A stretch of 64,000 nt of DNA from a virus (lineage: Duplodnaviria; Caudoviricetes), in IMG/VR virus record IMGVR_UViG_3300037067_015039, positions 32,001 to 96,000 of that record, one strand, 5' to 3'. Under the pieces are notes generated by a model, which saw nothing but the letters and a program-made list of their open reading frames with translations, ran no database searches and was not told the origin of the DNA. Below, one piece after another: positions 15,008 to 25,048 of the stretch. Every line of letters begins with the position of its first letter. Within the stretch, counting starts at the first letter, position 1. The position numbers were made by a program, and so were the translations under genes.

Positions 15008-16276
15008 TTATTCCTTATTGATGACTTTATTAAGATGCGTATTCCCAAACGAAAGATACCTCACCGGAATCCCGGGCGCAATTTCCGACAAACCATTTAC
15101 CACAGAATTTGCCTGACGAAGCCCATAGGAATAATCCTTATGGTTTACCATAATTTCTTTGCTGATTTCGCGCAATTGTTCGAATGGCCGGCTTCGATAA
15201 CAATCAGCATAAATCCAGCGTTTTTGTTCTTTGAGAATATCCATATGGGTTATGGCCAATTCGTCCACTTTGCCAACAACACTGAGAGCGTATTTGAACG
15301 CTGGCACATCGAAATACCCTCTTCTCAAATCCCCCTGCCACTGATTATTTATGTTATGTTCCGGCTGCACATCAAATCCGTGGACATTCAGATCTTCGCT
15401 TTCTGTGACAAATGGGCCTGCGCCATGCCTGGTGAAATAGGTTCGAACCACCCCAATGGTTGTTATGTCTAATTTATCGGTCGCCCCATAGTGATTGATA
15501 ATCTCAAAGGCGTTATTGAACGTACAATCCGTCCAGGTGACGTGATTCCCAAACCCGTGGGTCTCGTCCAGCAGGACTCCCTGAGCGCCTTCAAAGACAA
15601 TTGCATTCGGCAAACTATTCCTGATGTCATAAAACGTGCCAACTTTAATTTGTTGGAGCCAATCTTTGTAGAAATTTCTAACGTCTACCGGAGTTTCATT
15701 CTGCATTAGATCGTAAAGATTTTGGGTTTCTTTGCTATTGATAAATTTCTTGCATTGCCGAAGTTTTGTTTCTTTTATCCATTCCAGTCTTTCAATCGAA
15801 TGAGGACATGGAATATCCGAGACCTCGAGAGATAGCCCATCTAACTGATCTGCCCGGGTTTCCCCAACTCCCATTCCGCAGGATCCGTGTCTATCTTTTC
15901 CTCGAGACATTTCTTTGAGTCTGTTTGCTCTCCAATGCCAGGGAGTGACAATAACACTCTTGGGGTTTATTAGTAGGCGCTCAAGCCCATCATAAACTCC
16001 ACTATGTTTCAGTACCACATTCTCAATGAGCATTGAGTAGGGTTCAATAAGCATATATTCCGATAAATAGGTCCGGCACCCGGGGATGAAGGTGCCGGAC
16101 CCAAATTGAGCAAAGGTGTGATGGAGTCCGTCAGGCAACACGACGTTATGCCCTGCCTGCGGACCTCCATTATATCGGACTACCCAATTGGCCTTGTGTT
16201 CCCGGCAAAGAAAATCAACCATCGTTCCTTTGCCCTCATCCCCGAAGGCCAAACCTGCGATAATGAATATTTGCAT
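15008..16276 (-). CDS. Adenylosuccinate synthetase-like protein (divergent PurA family)
   Basis: GDEGKG, RYNGGPQAGH, FEGAQG, RTYFTRHGAGPF; Asp-binding loop altered. Confidence 0.85.
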   Translation of the reverse strand: MQIFIIAGLAFGDEGKGTMVDFLCREHKANWVVRYNGGPQAGHNVVLPDGLHHTFAQFGSGTFIPGCRTYLSEYMLIEPYSMLIENVVLKHSGVYDGLERLLINPKSVIVTPWHWRANRLKEMSRGKDRHGSCGMGVGETRADQLDGLSLEVSDIPCPHSIERLEWIKETKLRQCKKFINSKETQNLYDLMQNETPVDVRNFYKDWLQQIKVGTFYDIRNSLPNAIVFEGAQGVLLDETHGFGNHVTWTDCTFNNAFEIINHYGATDKLDITTIGVVRTYFTRHGAGPFVTESEDLNVHGFDVQPEHNINNQWQGDLRRGYFDVPAFKYALSVVGKVDELAITHMDILKEQKRWIYADCYRSRPFEQLREISKEIMVNHKDYSYGLRQANSVVNGLSEIAPGIPVRYLSFGNTHLNKVINKE

Positions 16277-16292
16277 GGTTTCTCTCTAAGAT

Positions 16293-17330
16293 TTACAGTC
16301 TATCCACGCCACCGGCAGAGCCGGCGACAGATGGAAGATTTTCGGCTGAGTACCGGCTGATCTCTCCGGTAGCCTTCGATAAAGGAACAAGCGCCGAAGA
16401 AATACCGGCGTCGGCAACCCCATCGGCAACCAGATCATCAATCCCCACGTATTCCTCACAGATCGCTACCGCGGATACGATCGTTTCACAAATCTTGTTC
16501 GGATCTTGCAGTTTGATGACGTTCTGCTGGCCAAGGAGATTTACCCAGTACTTTTCCAGGCTCTTGTCGGCATAATGGGAAGTCATATTGGGAATGATGA
16601 AGAACACGTGATATTTCTCTTCGAGTTCCTTCAGGATATCTGAGAATTTCAGATCATCTTGAACAGTATCGCCGATAATATCACTTATTTTCTTTTTGGA
16701 GAGGACGTCATAGGCATGCTCGTCACCTATGAAAAATATATAACCCTTTCGGCCCCTCTTTTCGAAATGATCATGAGCGGTGTGCCGGGCCATGAAGTAG
16801 GCCGCCAATTCATATTCCTCTTCATAAGTTCCACCACCAAGGCCTGTAAGCCAGAGGTTTGTAAGGTTATCGTCTATTTCGATACCGGATTCAAACTGGC
16901 CAATCTGGAAGGTTCCAGCATGCCCGTTGGAACGCATAGCATCGTAATCATCAACGGCGCCGATCATGATAGCCGGATATCCATCTCCCAGGTATTTCTT
17001 CCCTGACGCCTTATCGTCCAGGAAATGCCCCATTAATTTACTGAGGGCCTTCTGGATCATCTTTGGAACTTCCTGCATTGACCCAGTGGTATCGGTGATG
17101 ACAGCGATCGGGACCGAAATCGGGTGCGCATCAGAGTCTCTTGCCTCTCTGATCTTAACGCCTTTGGGTTCAAGTGAAGGATGAACGGCTGCCGCGACGG
17201 TGCCGGTATCAATATCGTGACTATATTTAAATGTGGCCTTTTCTTCAGTGATTCCCATGGAATGCGCCAGGTTAATTCTTGCCGTAGTCCGTGACTTATA
17301 ATCCTCTGATGAATAACTACTTCCACCCAT
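16293..17330 (-). CDS. vWA domain protein
   Basis: ITDTTGSM MIDAS, GGGTYEEEYELAAYF, FFIGDE. Confidence 0.8.
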   Translation of the reverse strand: MGGSSYSSEDYKSRTTARINLAHSMGITEEKATFKYSHDIDTGTVAAAVHPSLEPKGVKIREARDSDAHPISVPIAVITDTTGSMQEVPKMIQKALSKLMGHFLDDKASGKKYLGDGYPAIMIGAVDDYDAMRSNGHAGTFQIGQFESGIEIDDNLTNLWLTGLGGGTYEEEYELAAYFMARHTAHDHFEKRGRKGYIFFIGDEHAYDVLSKKKISDIIGDTVQDDLKFSDILKELEEKYHVFFIIPNMTSHYADKSLEKYWVNLLGQQNVIKLQDPNKICETIVSAVAICEEYVGIDDLVADGVADAGISSALVPLSKATGEISRYSAENLPSVAGSAGGVDRL

Positions 17331-17343
17331 AAATGAACTCCTT

Positions 17344-18348
17344 TCAGTTCTTAGGCAAATTTAAAGCGAGAAATTTCGGGGAGCCATATTCCTCTTTAGC
17401 GAGATTGACCCACCGTTCTTGAATGCTCCAGGCATCGTCCGGCCGCGAAGCCGGAGATTCTGTCACACACCATTGAATAAGATCTCGGAAACGCTTTGGC
17501 ACGTTCCCTGCGATAATATTTATGGATTTCATCAACATATAAATATCCGTCCAGGGGCCGGCAGGTCTCTTTTTCATAACCTCTGGAGGGTAGTGCATTG
17601 AATAATCCCGCACAATCGCGGGGATCGATTGACCGGCAGTACAGGAATAACACCAGTCAACAAGCTTTAATCCGTGATCTTTCGGATCATAAAGAAGATG
17701 GCAGGGAAGAACGGCGCCATGAACAACGCCGGAATGATGCGCAAACCCTAAAACGCTGAGCGCCCGGTTCACCATCCAGACTATATGCCGGAAATCCAGG
17801 TTTTCCGCATGCAGGTCGACAATATCCTTGAGAGCGATAAAGGGCTGCTCATGGTGGAGAATATTCACGCGGCGCCCGGAAGCCTTTACTCCCTGAATAA
17901 ATACAGGAAGATACTTTCTGAAATTCTCAGGTTTAGCTTTCCACAGATGATCCAGGGCGATTTTCTCCCGATCCATCAAATCGTTGTCTTTGGGACCGCG
18001 AACGATCTTTAAAATAACATTCGGATCCTTCTCCGATTCAGCACAGTAAAGGTCGCAGATATCTCCCTTTGTAAGCGATTCCGTAACTACGCAGCCGGCT
18101 ATGACAACTTGTGGAGCTTTCGGTTTAGATGTAAACCCGGTGTACAACTCGTTGAGCTTTTTAAAAGCTTCTTCGGATCGTTTCCTATAATCCGGTGGAG
18201 CAACATCAGGGTGGCAGATTCGGGCATACCGGCGAAACCACTTGTCAGGATCCGCACCAGGGTCCAGGAGATCTTTATAGGTTTTGGCGGCTTCAATCGC
18301 TGTTAAATAAGTTTCTAAAGGTTCATGCTTGGCTTTGACGGCAGTCAT
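17344..18348 (-). CDS. J-domain (HPD) fused to protein-kinase-like domain
   Basis: RRYARICHPD; GDICDLY, VILK, HGAVLPCH, LVDW, YPPE, DIYM. Confidence 0.8.
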   Translation of the reverse strand: MTAVKAKHEPLETYLTAIEAAKTYKDLLDPGADPDKWFRRYARICHPDVAPPDYRKRSEEAFKKLNELYTGFTSKPKAPQVVIAGCVVTESLTKGDICDLYCAESEKDPNVILKIVRGPKDNDLMDREKIALDHLWKAKPENFRKYLPVFIQGVKASGRRVNILHHEQPFIALKDIVDLHAENLDFRHIVWMVNRALSVLGFAHHSGVVHGAVLPCHLLYDPKDHGLKLVDWCYSCTAGQSIPAIVRDYSMHYPPEVMKKRPAGPWTDIYMLMKSINIIAGNVPKRFRDLIQWCVTESPASRPDDAWSIQERWVNLAKEEYGSPKFLALNLPKN

Positions 18349-18805
18349 TAGTCCCCTTTCTTTGTTGTTTTTTCTCAAGATCGGCCTTCCTATCGAGTTC
18401 AATTTGATCCACTGTTGTTAATTCTATTTTTTGAATAAAGCTCAAATCGTGGGAAATGAACCAAGAATACATCGGAGCCATTAGCTTATAAACGTCTTTT
18501 TCCCAGATGGACATGGCTTCCACTTTTTTTCCAAGATCTACAACTTTATTCCGAAGGTTATTTATTGCGTCTTCATTTCTCAGGCACAGGGCTTTTAAAT
18601 TAATATTTTCAATCATAAGTTCTTCCATTAAAGGGTTGGGAGAACTACGTGAAGGAAGTCTGTCAATATACCAAGGCCGATTGCATTCTTGTTCCCATCG
18701 CATACGGTCATATCTCAATTTTTGCAATTCTTGATCATATCTCAATTTTTGCAATTCTTGATCATTCCTCTCCAATATCCCTAATGGACCCAATGGACCT
18801 GTCAT
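18323..18805 (-). CDS. Coiled-coil hypothetical protein
   Basis: AGGAG RBS; internal 27-bp duplication. Confidence 0.6.
   Translation of the reverse strand: MTGPLGPLGILERNDQELQKLRYDQELQKLRYDRMRWEQECNRPWYIDRLPSRSSPNPLMEELMIENINLKALCLRNEDAINNLRNKVVDLGKKVEAMSIWEKDVYKLMAPMYSWFISHDLSFIQKIELTTVDQIELDRKADLEKKQQRKGTNDCRQSQA
18708..18764. repeat. 27-bp tandem duplication (encodes DQELQKLRY x2)
   Basis: tcatatctcaatttttgcaattcttga twice. Confidence 0.8.
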
Positions 18806-18817
18806 AATGCATTCTCC

Positions 18818-19105
18818 TTATTGGCCTGAAGTAGCCGCATCAATTTTCCTCAACCTTCTCGCAATTTTCTCTGTCATTGGAACAGTCTTGCGCGGTTTAC
18901 GATTTTTCTTTATAGCGGATACTTTCGAAATATCCCTCGAAAGCCCTATCATAGCCTCAGACCAACCAAATGGCACTTCCCATTGACCTCCATCTTTTGT
19001 TTCCCAATGGACAACAGTCTCCCTGGTTACTCTAAGAGCGTCGGCAACTTCTGATTGTCTAAGCCCGGACCTTTTCCTCAAATCCCGAAATTCACAGCCC
19101 TTCAT
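18818..19105 (-). CDS. XRE-family HTH protein
   Basis: FRDLRKRSGLRQSEVADALRVTRETVVHWET. Confidence 0.85.
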   Translation of the reverse strand: MKGCEFRDLRKRSGLRQSEVADALRVTRETVVHWETKDGGQWEVPFGWSEAMIGLSRDISKVSAIKKNRKPRKTVPMTEKIARRLRKIDAATSGQ

Positions 19106-19184
19106 ACAACATCCTTCCCGATCGGGGCTTATTTCCTTTTTTTGGAAAACGGAGTTCTCTTTTGCTTGGTCTGTTAAAGATAAT

Positions 19185-19508
19185 TTATCCTTTCGAAACT
19201 ATGGCTTTATCCAGAACAGCCTCAGCCTGGGTGCCAAGAATTTTAAGAAGTTCGGCCGCCGCTTCCTTCTTCATATTCCTACCAAAACTAAGAATTATCT
19301 GATGAGCTCCAATATTAGAGTATTCACCCTGGATCTCTGCCATATCCACTAAAATGATACAGGCCATCTTGAAACCCATTTTGGATATAAATTTGTCAAA
19401 ATCCTCACACATGTCTCCACCAAGTTTTTGACGTTCTCCAGGCGGTACAGAATGAAGATGCCCACCAATTGTGTCATTAAGTTCTTCCCCGCAAATGGGA
19501 CAGTTCAT
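19185..19508 (-). CDS. Hypothetical protein
   Basis: ATGA overlap, AGGAG RBS. Confidence 0.6.
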   Translation of the reverse strand: MNCPICGEELNDTIGGHLHSVPPGERQKLGGDMCEDFDKFISKMGFKMACIILVDMAEIQGEYSNIGAHQIILSFGRNMKKEAAAELLKILGTQAEAVLDKAIVSKG

Positions 19509-19711
19509 TGGATTCTCCTCTTAAAAAATGAAGAATGGGGGCAGCAGCTTCGAAATCGAAGACAATGATCAAATTCGATCATATAACCTTCTTCGATACT
19601 GAATGACGCAGCAGTTATAGACATTCCGACAAGGGAATTTATAAACTCCTGTTCCTGTTCTTCTGTCCGGGTTTCCTCTGTTTCTTGGTTATTCTCTTCT
19701 GAATTTATCAT
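19505..19711 (-). CDS. Hypothetical protein
   Basis: Colinear. Confidence 0.5.
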   Translation of the reverse strand: MINSEENNQETEETRTEEQEQEFINSLVGMSITAASFSIEEGYMIEFDHCLRFRSCCPHSSFFKRRIQ

Positions 19712-20021
19712 TTCTTAACTCCATCCCGGGCGATAATTCGCGTTTTCTCCAACATCCTGATACTGGATCCCGCTCCATAAGGGCGAGTTCCTTACGTGTA
19801 ATCGGTACAGCTCCCCACCTGATAGCCAGGGCTCGTTTAGAAGCACAGATATCAAAATGCTCTTTTTTAGATTGCCCTGGATATTGCAGCCATTTCACGC
19901 GAACACCTATCTTCCTGGCCATCATGAGAAGTTCATCCGTTGTGTCGGCAATCATGTGGGACATACACATATTGCGATATTTTCCCATTGGGTATTTATA
20001 CATGTCGTCGACATAAACCAT
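19689..20021 (-). CDS. DUF4031 protein
   Basis: MVYVDD...MSHMIADTTDELLMMARKIG...EHFDICASKRALAI. Confidence 0.8.
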   Translation of the reverse strand: MVYVDDMYKYPMGKYRNMCMSHMIADTTDELLMMARKIGVRVKWLQYPGQSKKEHFDICASKRALAIRWGAVPITRKELALMERDPVSGCWRKRELSPGMELRNDKFRRE

Positions 20022-20022
20022 T

Positions 20023-20421
20023 TCAGTTGCACCCTTCGAGATAATTGGCCAATTTCCTAAGGATTGAAGAATTATCTTTGCAATGTCCAAGAATGAGGTT
20101 ACATCTATTGCAAATCCATCCTCTGAATTTCCCGGATGCATGGCAATGATCAAAGCATATCTTCCCTCCATTACCACAGACGGAGCACTCCAACGGTTTT
20201 TTGCTGCCAGTAATTGCCAGATGTTTTCGCACCATCCTTGTCTGATAACATCTACGAGCGGAAGAGTTTGCTTTATTTTTAAACTCTTCGGTATGCATAA
20301 CCTTTCGAAACCATCGGTTGCGGCTTTCCCTTCTTTTTAGTGGATCTGCTTTCAATCGGCTTTCCCTAACGCGATCCGGATATCGTTGTCTGTATCTGCG
20401 AACCGCTTCAAGATTGCTCAT
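20023..20421 (-). CDS. Endonuclease VII-family protein
   Basis: CSVC...FDHCHASGKFRGWICNRCNLILG..KDN. Confidence 0.85.
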   Translation of the reverse strand: MSNLEAVRRYRQRYPDRVRESRLKADPLKRRESRNRWFRKVMHTEEFKNKANSSARRCYQTRMVRKHLAITGSKKPLECSVCGNGGKICFDHCHASGKFRGWICNRCNLILGHCKDNSSILRKLANYLEGCN

Positions 20422-20636
20422 CTCTGAACTCCATCGCAGTGAGTGTGGTTCTTGCAATAATCCTTGTCTGGGCCATCCTTAATACTACACCGCGGACAGA
20501 TCGGAAGATCGCATGTCTTCCCGTTCGGAAGAAGCCAGTCACAAAGCAGGTTCGCCGGCTGTCCGCAGTGTGCGCAGTATTTCTGATTGCCTCTCCTAAC
20601 ACAAACTATCGCATTGCCCTTACGGAAGCATGGCAT
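20418..20636 (-). CDS. Cys-rich hypothetical protein
   Basis: CAHC...LCDW...TCDLPIC..C...DYC..H; GGAGG RBS. Confidence 0.6.
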   Translation of the reverse strand: MPCFRKGNAIVCVRRGNQKYCAHCGQPANLLCDWLLPNGKTCDLPICPRCSIKDGPDKDYCKNHTHCDGVQR

Positions 20637-21585
20637 TTTGCGCCTCCGGAAATTGAAGCCATTCCCGTCCATCCAGGAGGCGGCCGGCGGCTTTTTTGCC
20701 ACAACGGTACATCCACACATCTCCACCATCTGAAGAGTTAGCAAGATCGCTGCCATTATTACCTTTAATTGTTAGGCGATAAGTTTGCTGTTTTTCTTTT
20801 ACAGTTTCTTCACTTGCCCACCAGGCCCACTCCCCCCATTGTTTGAAATGGAACTTCACCCCCGCCGCCACGCACTGATCCCGCAGCGACCGTACCCAAT
20901 CCGGATGCATGGGCCGTGCACCAGGTCCGGATTCGCCGCCGACGATGAGCCAATCGATGCCGCGCTTAACTCCCACGAGGGGATGATTCCCTTTTATCCC
21001 GCCATCTTGATACCAAGCCGATAATCTAGGGCGCAAATATAATGCGTCAAATCGGATTGGCCCCAGCAACGGCTCCGCACTCACGAACCGCACCGCCGCC
21101 GGGATTCTAAGTAATATCGGTATCCGCTCGTTCGCAGCGGCCTGATTTTCGGCCGTCACTCCAACCCATACATTACGTGGCCATGAATTTTCCCACCTGG
21201 AAGGAATACTATTAACAGCATCCCAGGGTCTCTTTGTAAGCAACATCCAGATCAAATTAGGTGTCTGTTCGATCGTCCTCCAGAGACGTTCTTTCTCAAA
21301 ATATGAATCATTACGATCCTGGAAGATGTCACACATGGATCCACAAAAAACTCTGTACCGGGTATTGTGCTCTTCCGCCATACGGTCCCATTTAATCGGC
21401 TCAGCCCAATGTTTTTGGCCAAATAATCGCGCCGGCTTGCCGGGTCCGAAACAATCAAAGCCGGTCCTTTTTGCCAACGCTTTCGCATAGCAATTATCAC
21501 AGCCCGGAGAGATATGGTCACAACCCCAGTAGGGATTGAATGTCATATCAGCCCAACTAATTCCGTTTTCGTGCTGTTTTGCCAC
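20620..21585 (-). CDS. DUF5131 / phage Gp37Gp68 family protein (radical-SAM-like)
   Basis: TFNPYWGCDHISPGCDNCYA, VFCGSMCD, LLTKRP, FVSAEPLLG, WLIVGGESG. Confidence 0.88.
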   Translation of the reverse strand: MAKQHENGISWADMTFNPYWGCDHISPGCDNCYAKALAKRTGFDCFGPGKPARLFGQKHWAEPIKWDRMAEEHNTRYRVFCGSMCDIFQDRNDSYFEKERLWRTIEQTPNLIWMLLTKRPWDAVNSIPSRWENSWPRNVWVGVTAENQAAANERIPILLRIPAAVRFVSAEPLLGPIRFDALYLRPRLSAWYQDGGIKGNHPLVGVKRGIDWLIVGGESGPGARPMHPDWVRSLRDQCVAAGVKFHFKQWGEWAWWASEETVKEKQQTYRLTIKGNNGSDLANSSDGGDVWMYRCGKKAAGRLLDGREWLQFPEAQNAMLP

Positions 21586-21805
21586 GTTTCCCCCACCGCT
21601 GCGCGACGTTTTCTTGTCCCATGGCCCGAAGTCTATTTGCGCTCTTCGAGAGACCAAGCAGGTGTGCCTTGAATATGATTGATGATTCTTTGCGGCCGAT
21701 TAATTTTGAGATCTCGGCGTTGCTGTGATTACGATATAAGTTTTTAAGACCAACTACTTCTTCCTTCGTCCAACGAGGACGAACCAGCTTTTTGATCTTT
21801 TTCAT
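21557..21805 (-). CDS. Small HTH/Myb-like protein
   Basis: RWTKEEVVGLKNLY...AEISKLIGRKESSIIFKAHLLGL. Confidence 0.65.
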   Translation of the reverse strand: MKKIKKLVRPRWTKEEVVGLKNLYRNHSNAEISKLIGRKESSIIFKAHLLGLSKSANRLRAMGQENVAQRWGKRGKTARKRN

Positions 21806-22512
21806 AGTTTCTCTCCTTTTATTTGTTTAAATTCTACTACCCACACCCATGGGTTAGATTCCCAAGACCCACGTTTCCCATTTATTTTGTCCCATCCGGC
21901 TTTAAAACACATAATAGGAGTTGCCTGACCATATGGAGATTCATCCCCATATACGCCCTCCGCCAGGGCATCTTCTTCGCTGATTTCCTGCAACCTCTGG
22001 ACTCGGATCCCGAGAACTTCAAGTTGAATTCTGGAAGCCCACCGGGGCATGAAGATGGAGGGTCTCCATTTTCCCCCATATTTCTGGATTCCAAAGGTAG
22101 GAGCATATTTAAGATTTTTGACTACTTCTTGATAAGAAGGGGCTTGGAGAAGATATCCATGAGCCAACCATATCTTACCTCCTTCACCATCGCTTATCCA
22201 TGCTCCGCATTGTGAATCGGCAGCATAACCAACGATAGGTCTCTCCGGGCTGCACCAGGTTTCTCTCACCCAAAGCTGATCTCCGATAATTCCATAAGGG
22301 CATGAAAAATACTTTGTAGCTTGCTCATAATTGGCCCATCGGCATTTTCTTATATTCCGGCGATCCTTAGAACATGTCGTGTCAGCTAGAAGCGCGAGAG
22401 TATAACTAACGTCTGGAGGCTGGACCTGCATAATTCTTCGGGTTTGGCTCTTGCGACCTTCCTGAATTGCTCGGACCATTGGCCCACTGAACAGGATCGG
22501 GTGTTCTTTCAT
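21802..22512 (-). CDS. ASCH-related phage protein
   Basis: PILFSGPMVRAIQEGRKSQTRR, LWVRETW, WRPSIFMPRWASRI, NPWVWVVEF. Confidence 0.8.
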   Translation of the reverse strand: MKEHPILFSGPMVRAIQEGRKSQTRRIMQVQPPDVSYTLALLADTTCSKDRRNIRKCRWANYEQATKYFSCPYGIIGDQLWVRETWCSPERPIVGYAADSQCGAWISDGEGGKIWLAHGYLLQAPSYQEVVKNLKYAPTFGIQKYGGKWRPSIFMPRWASRIQLEVLGIRVQRLQEISEEDALAEGVYGDESPYGQATPIMCFKAGWDKINGKRGSWESNPWVWVVEFKQIKGEKL

Positions 22513-22513
22513 T

Positions 22514-22957
22514 TTAACTCTCCAGTGGTTTTATAGTAATATCGCATCCACAGTTGGCATTCTCAACGGCGTCATAATATTTGTAAAGATGCTCTATCAC
22601 AATCTGAGCATCATCATTCCAACAAAATCCTGTGAGCGCATCTTCAGCCGCCCTGGACAACTTCAATACATCCGGCTTTACTATTGGATATTTCGGAGAC
22701 GATTTTTTTATTACACCATGTTTACCGAAATGGCCTTTTGGACGTGGAAGATAAAACATAAAGGTGACTTCCAATGGACCTTCCAGAAGTGGTAAACCAG
22801 TCATTGCAATTTTAGCTTGCCATTGAACAGTTTTCCTCCAGCCGGGGCCTTTCTCGTTGTCGTCTTTGACAATGATTTTTTTGGTGTATCTATGCCTAAA
22901 CGCCTTTTTAGAACCGGCAGTCTGCGGAATTCCAGCAACAAAGAACTTAATCTGCAT
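22514..22957 (-). CDS. rusA: RusA-family Holliday junction resolvase
   Basis: KPDVLKLSRAAEDALTG..WNDDAQIV. Confidence 0.85.
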   Translation of the reverse strand: MQIKFFVAGIPQTAGSKKAFRHRYTKKIIVKDDNEKGPGWRKTVQWQAKIAMTGLPLLEGPLEVTFMFYLPRPKGHFGKHGVIKKSSPKYPIVKPDVLKLSRAAEDALTGFCWNDDAQIVIEHLYKYYDAVENANCGCDITIKPLES

Positions 22958-23141
22958 CGTCTTCCTCCTTCAAATCAGGAATTTCATTTTTCTTTTTCCT
23001 GGACTTTTTCAGGATGACTTTTTTGAGTTCATAAATACCGCATTCAGTTCCTTCAATAACATCCTCCGTATTATCTACAACAAGTAGGATTTCCGGTTCG
23101 TCCTCATCTTGAACGACAGTCACTTGTTTTGGAAAAGGCAT
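22947..23141 (-). CDS. Hypothetical protein
   Basis: GGAGG RBS. Confidence 0.55.
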   Translation of the reverse strand: MPFPKQVTVVQDEDEPEILLVVDNTEDVIEGTECGIYELKKVILKKSRKKKNEIPDLKEEDDAD

Positions 23142-23215
23142 TCATCCTCCATATCTGCCGCAGGCGGCCACACTAAAAAGGGGTTAGCGTGACCGTTCCC
23201 TGTCCCGCGGCATTG

Positions 23216-23539
23216 TCAAAGTCTTTTACGAGAATTCGAGTCACCAACATTAACTCGGAAAAAGGCGGCATCTTCTCCGAGTTTCTGAGCTTCTTGTTTC
23301 ATTTCCTGAATCACATGTTCGGCTTCCCTGCATCGTGAGCACCTTTCGGCGCCAAAACGAGGGTTCACCTTTAGATTTTCTAAGAAGACTCCGCACATGT
23401 TCTGCATCTGCCCATAATGGTCGCAGTTGCGGCAGTATTGGTTGCCGGTCCCGATCATAACAATTATTTTGTGTCTAGGGTTTCGGGCATACTTCTTTGC
23501 TGCTGACTCGGTTTTTGGCATTAGTCTCTCTCCATCCAT
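23216..23539 (-). CDS. Cys-rich hypothetical protein
   Basis: CRNC..C..RCSRC. Confidence 0.55.
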   Translation of the reverse strand: MDGERLMPKTESAAKKYARNPRHKIIVMIGTGNQYCRNCDHYGQMQNMCGVFLENLKVNPRFGAERCSRCREAEHVIQEMKQEAQKLGEDAAFFRVNVGDSNSRKRL

Positions 23540-23687
23540 TAATTATGTTCGCATAATGATCGGGTATGCGCTTTTTTCCCATGATCCATTTATAGACTGT
23601 CTCGGGCCGAACATTGAGCTTTTCAGCGGCGGCGATATAATATATATCCAGATCGGATAAAAGTGTTCTTAATCCGTGAGCTTCCAT
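23475..23687 (-). CDS. Small HTH protein
   Basis: AAAEKLNVRPETVYKWIMG. Confidence 0.65.
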   Translation of the reverse strand: MEAHGLRTLLSDLDIYYIAAAEKLNVRPETVYKWIMGKKRIPDHYANIINGWRETNAKNRVSSKEVCPKP

Positions 23688-23695
23688 ATTATCCT

Positions 23696-23986
23696 TTATT
23701 TCAATGCCGCATAGTCACCACAAACAACCCATGTGATCTTTTCTCCGGTCAGATAGGCATGGTCGCTTCCGTCATCTGACGTGCATTGTTCGAGCCTGCT
23801 ATTACAACGACCCTTTGCCACAAAGAATATTCGCCAGATTCCCTCAAGATATTGGACCTTAAAAAGGGTTCCATCCGAAAAGGCCAAATAGCAAGGCTTG
23901 TCGTCTGTAGAATAATGGTTGAATTCTTCTCCGATATCTCCTTCGACCTCGATCAGATCGTCACTTGCTCCGTATACTTCAATCAT
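23696..23986 (-). CDS. Hypothetical phage protein (YGASDDLIE motif)
   Basis: AAGGAG RBS. Confidence 0.7.
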   Translation of the reverse strand: MIEVYGASDDLIEVEGDIGEEFNHYSTDDKPCYLAFSDGTLFKVQYLEGIWRIFFVAKGRCNSRLEQCTSDDGSDHAYLTGEKITWVVCGDYAALK

Positions 23987-24001
23987 AAGCTCTCCTTAAC
24001 A

Positions 24002-24310
24002 TCATTGCATCCATTTCTTTGGCGTTTTAAGCCGACGAAGAAGAAACCGTTTCCACCAGTTCGGGCGCCGGCAAGGGTATTTCACCATCGGGATATTGAT
24101 ATCAGTGCAATCGCCCGGGTAAGTGTTTGAAGTCCATAGAACATAATCTCCCCCGGGGTAGCACATTTGGTCTCCGCGCTGGATCTCATCGGTTATTTCC
24201 ACTCTTTCGAGCATAATACCCCAGTTGTGATAAACAGGAGACCTGCACAATAACCATACCCTTGTTTTATAGAACTCTATTTCATCAACAGTTCCGTATA
24301 TCTTACCCAA
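24002..24310 (-). CDS. Hypothetical protein
   Basis: GGGGG RBS. Confidence 0.55.
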   Translation of the reverse strand: MGKIYGTVDEIEFYKTRVWLLCRSPVYHNWGIMLERVEITDEIQRGDQMCYPGGDYVLWTSNTYPGDCTDINIPMVKYPCRRPNWWKRFLLRRLKTPKKWMQ

Positions 24311-24348
24311 TATATAACCCCCTTTTCATAAAAGCAAATATCTTATTG

Positions 24349-24708
24349 CTATTTATAACCATTTATAAGCTTTTGTTCATCAATAACATTGTAATCTTCC
24401 GGTTTGATATCTATGATCGGCCCGGAGCCTGTATCGACATTTGGAGTTTTGGGCTGATTCCCAGGGATAAAGTTACTAATTGCACAAGATTCTAAAATTT
24501 CCTCGCCTATCTTGGCAACTATACTTAATAATGTTTCATCCAATTTGATTGCCGGATCAACGCGAACCTCCCATTTAGGACATTGTATATCCGTAAAGAC
24601 AATCGGTCCTGTAAATCTGCGCCCCATGTCAAAATAGGTTTTCGTCATTTTATATATCCCAGGATTTTTTCCACTCATAACCACATAGATCACAGCGAAA
24701 ATAAACAT
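24349..24708 (-). CDS. Hypothetical protein
   Basis: Colinear; start uncertain. Confidence 0.45.
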   Translation of the reverse strand: MFIFAVIYVVMSGKNPGIYKMTKTYFDMGRRFTGPIVFTDIQCPKWEVRVDPAIKLDETLLSIVAKIGEEILESCAISNFIPGNQPKTPNVDTGSGPIIDIKPEDYNVIDEQKLINGYK

Positions 24709-25048
24709 TATCGTCTCTAACCCTAGAGTCGATGAGGATGCAACCGGAACGATGGCATAACGGACAAGGGTTTATACTCGTATTATGAATGTCCATACAA
24801 GCATCCACCCCACTCTGTCCATATATTCTCCTGACTAATTCAATTTCCGCTTTTGAGATTATTCGAGGATTTATCCGCCGCCATTGCCTATTCGTACCAC
24901 TTTTCCCCACAAACCTTACAATGGCATTCCGCAATCCACGAACAACACGCCCGGCGCCCAACCAACCTGATTTCAACATCGCCATTCTCCCCGCAAATAG
25001 GACATACACGAATTTCGAGCTCTAGCCTCCATGGCCGGCGATTGGATG

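Noticed and set aside
15008-16276. PurZ (diaminopurine genome) assignment
   Set aside because: Motif is GDEGKG with the PurA-type Asp, not the PurZ Ser; no DatZ/MazZ-type partners recognised next to it
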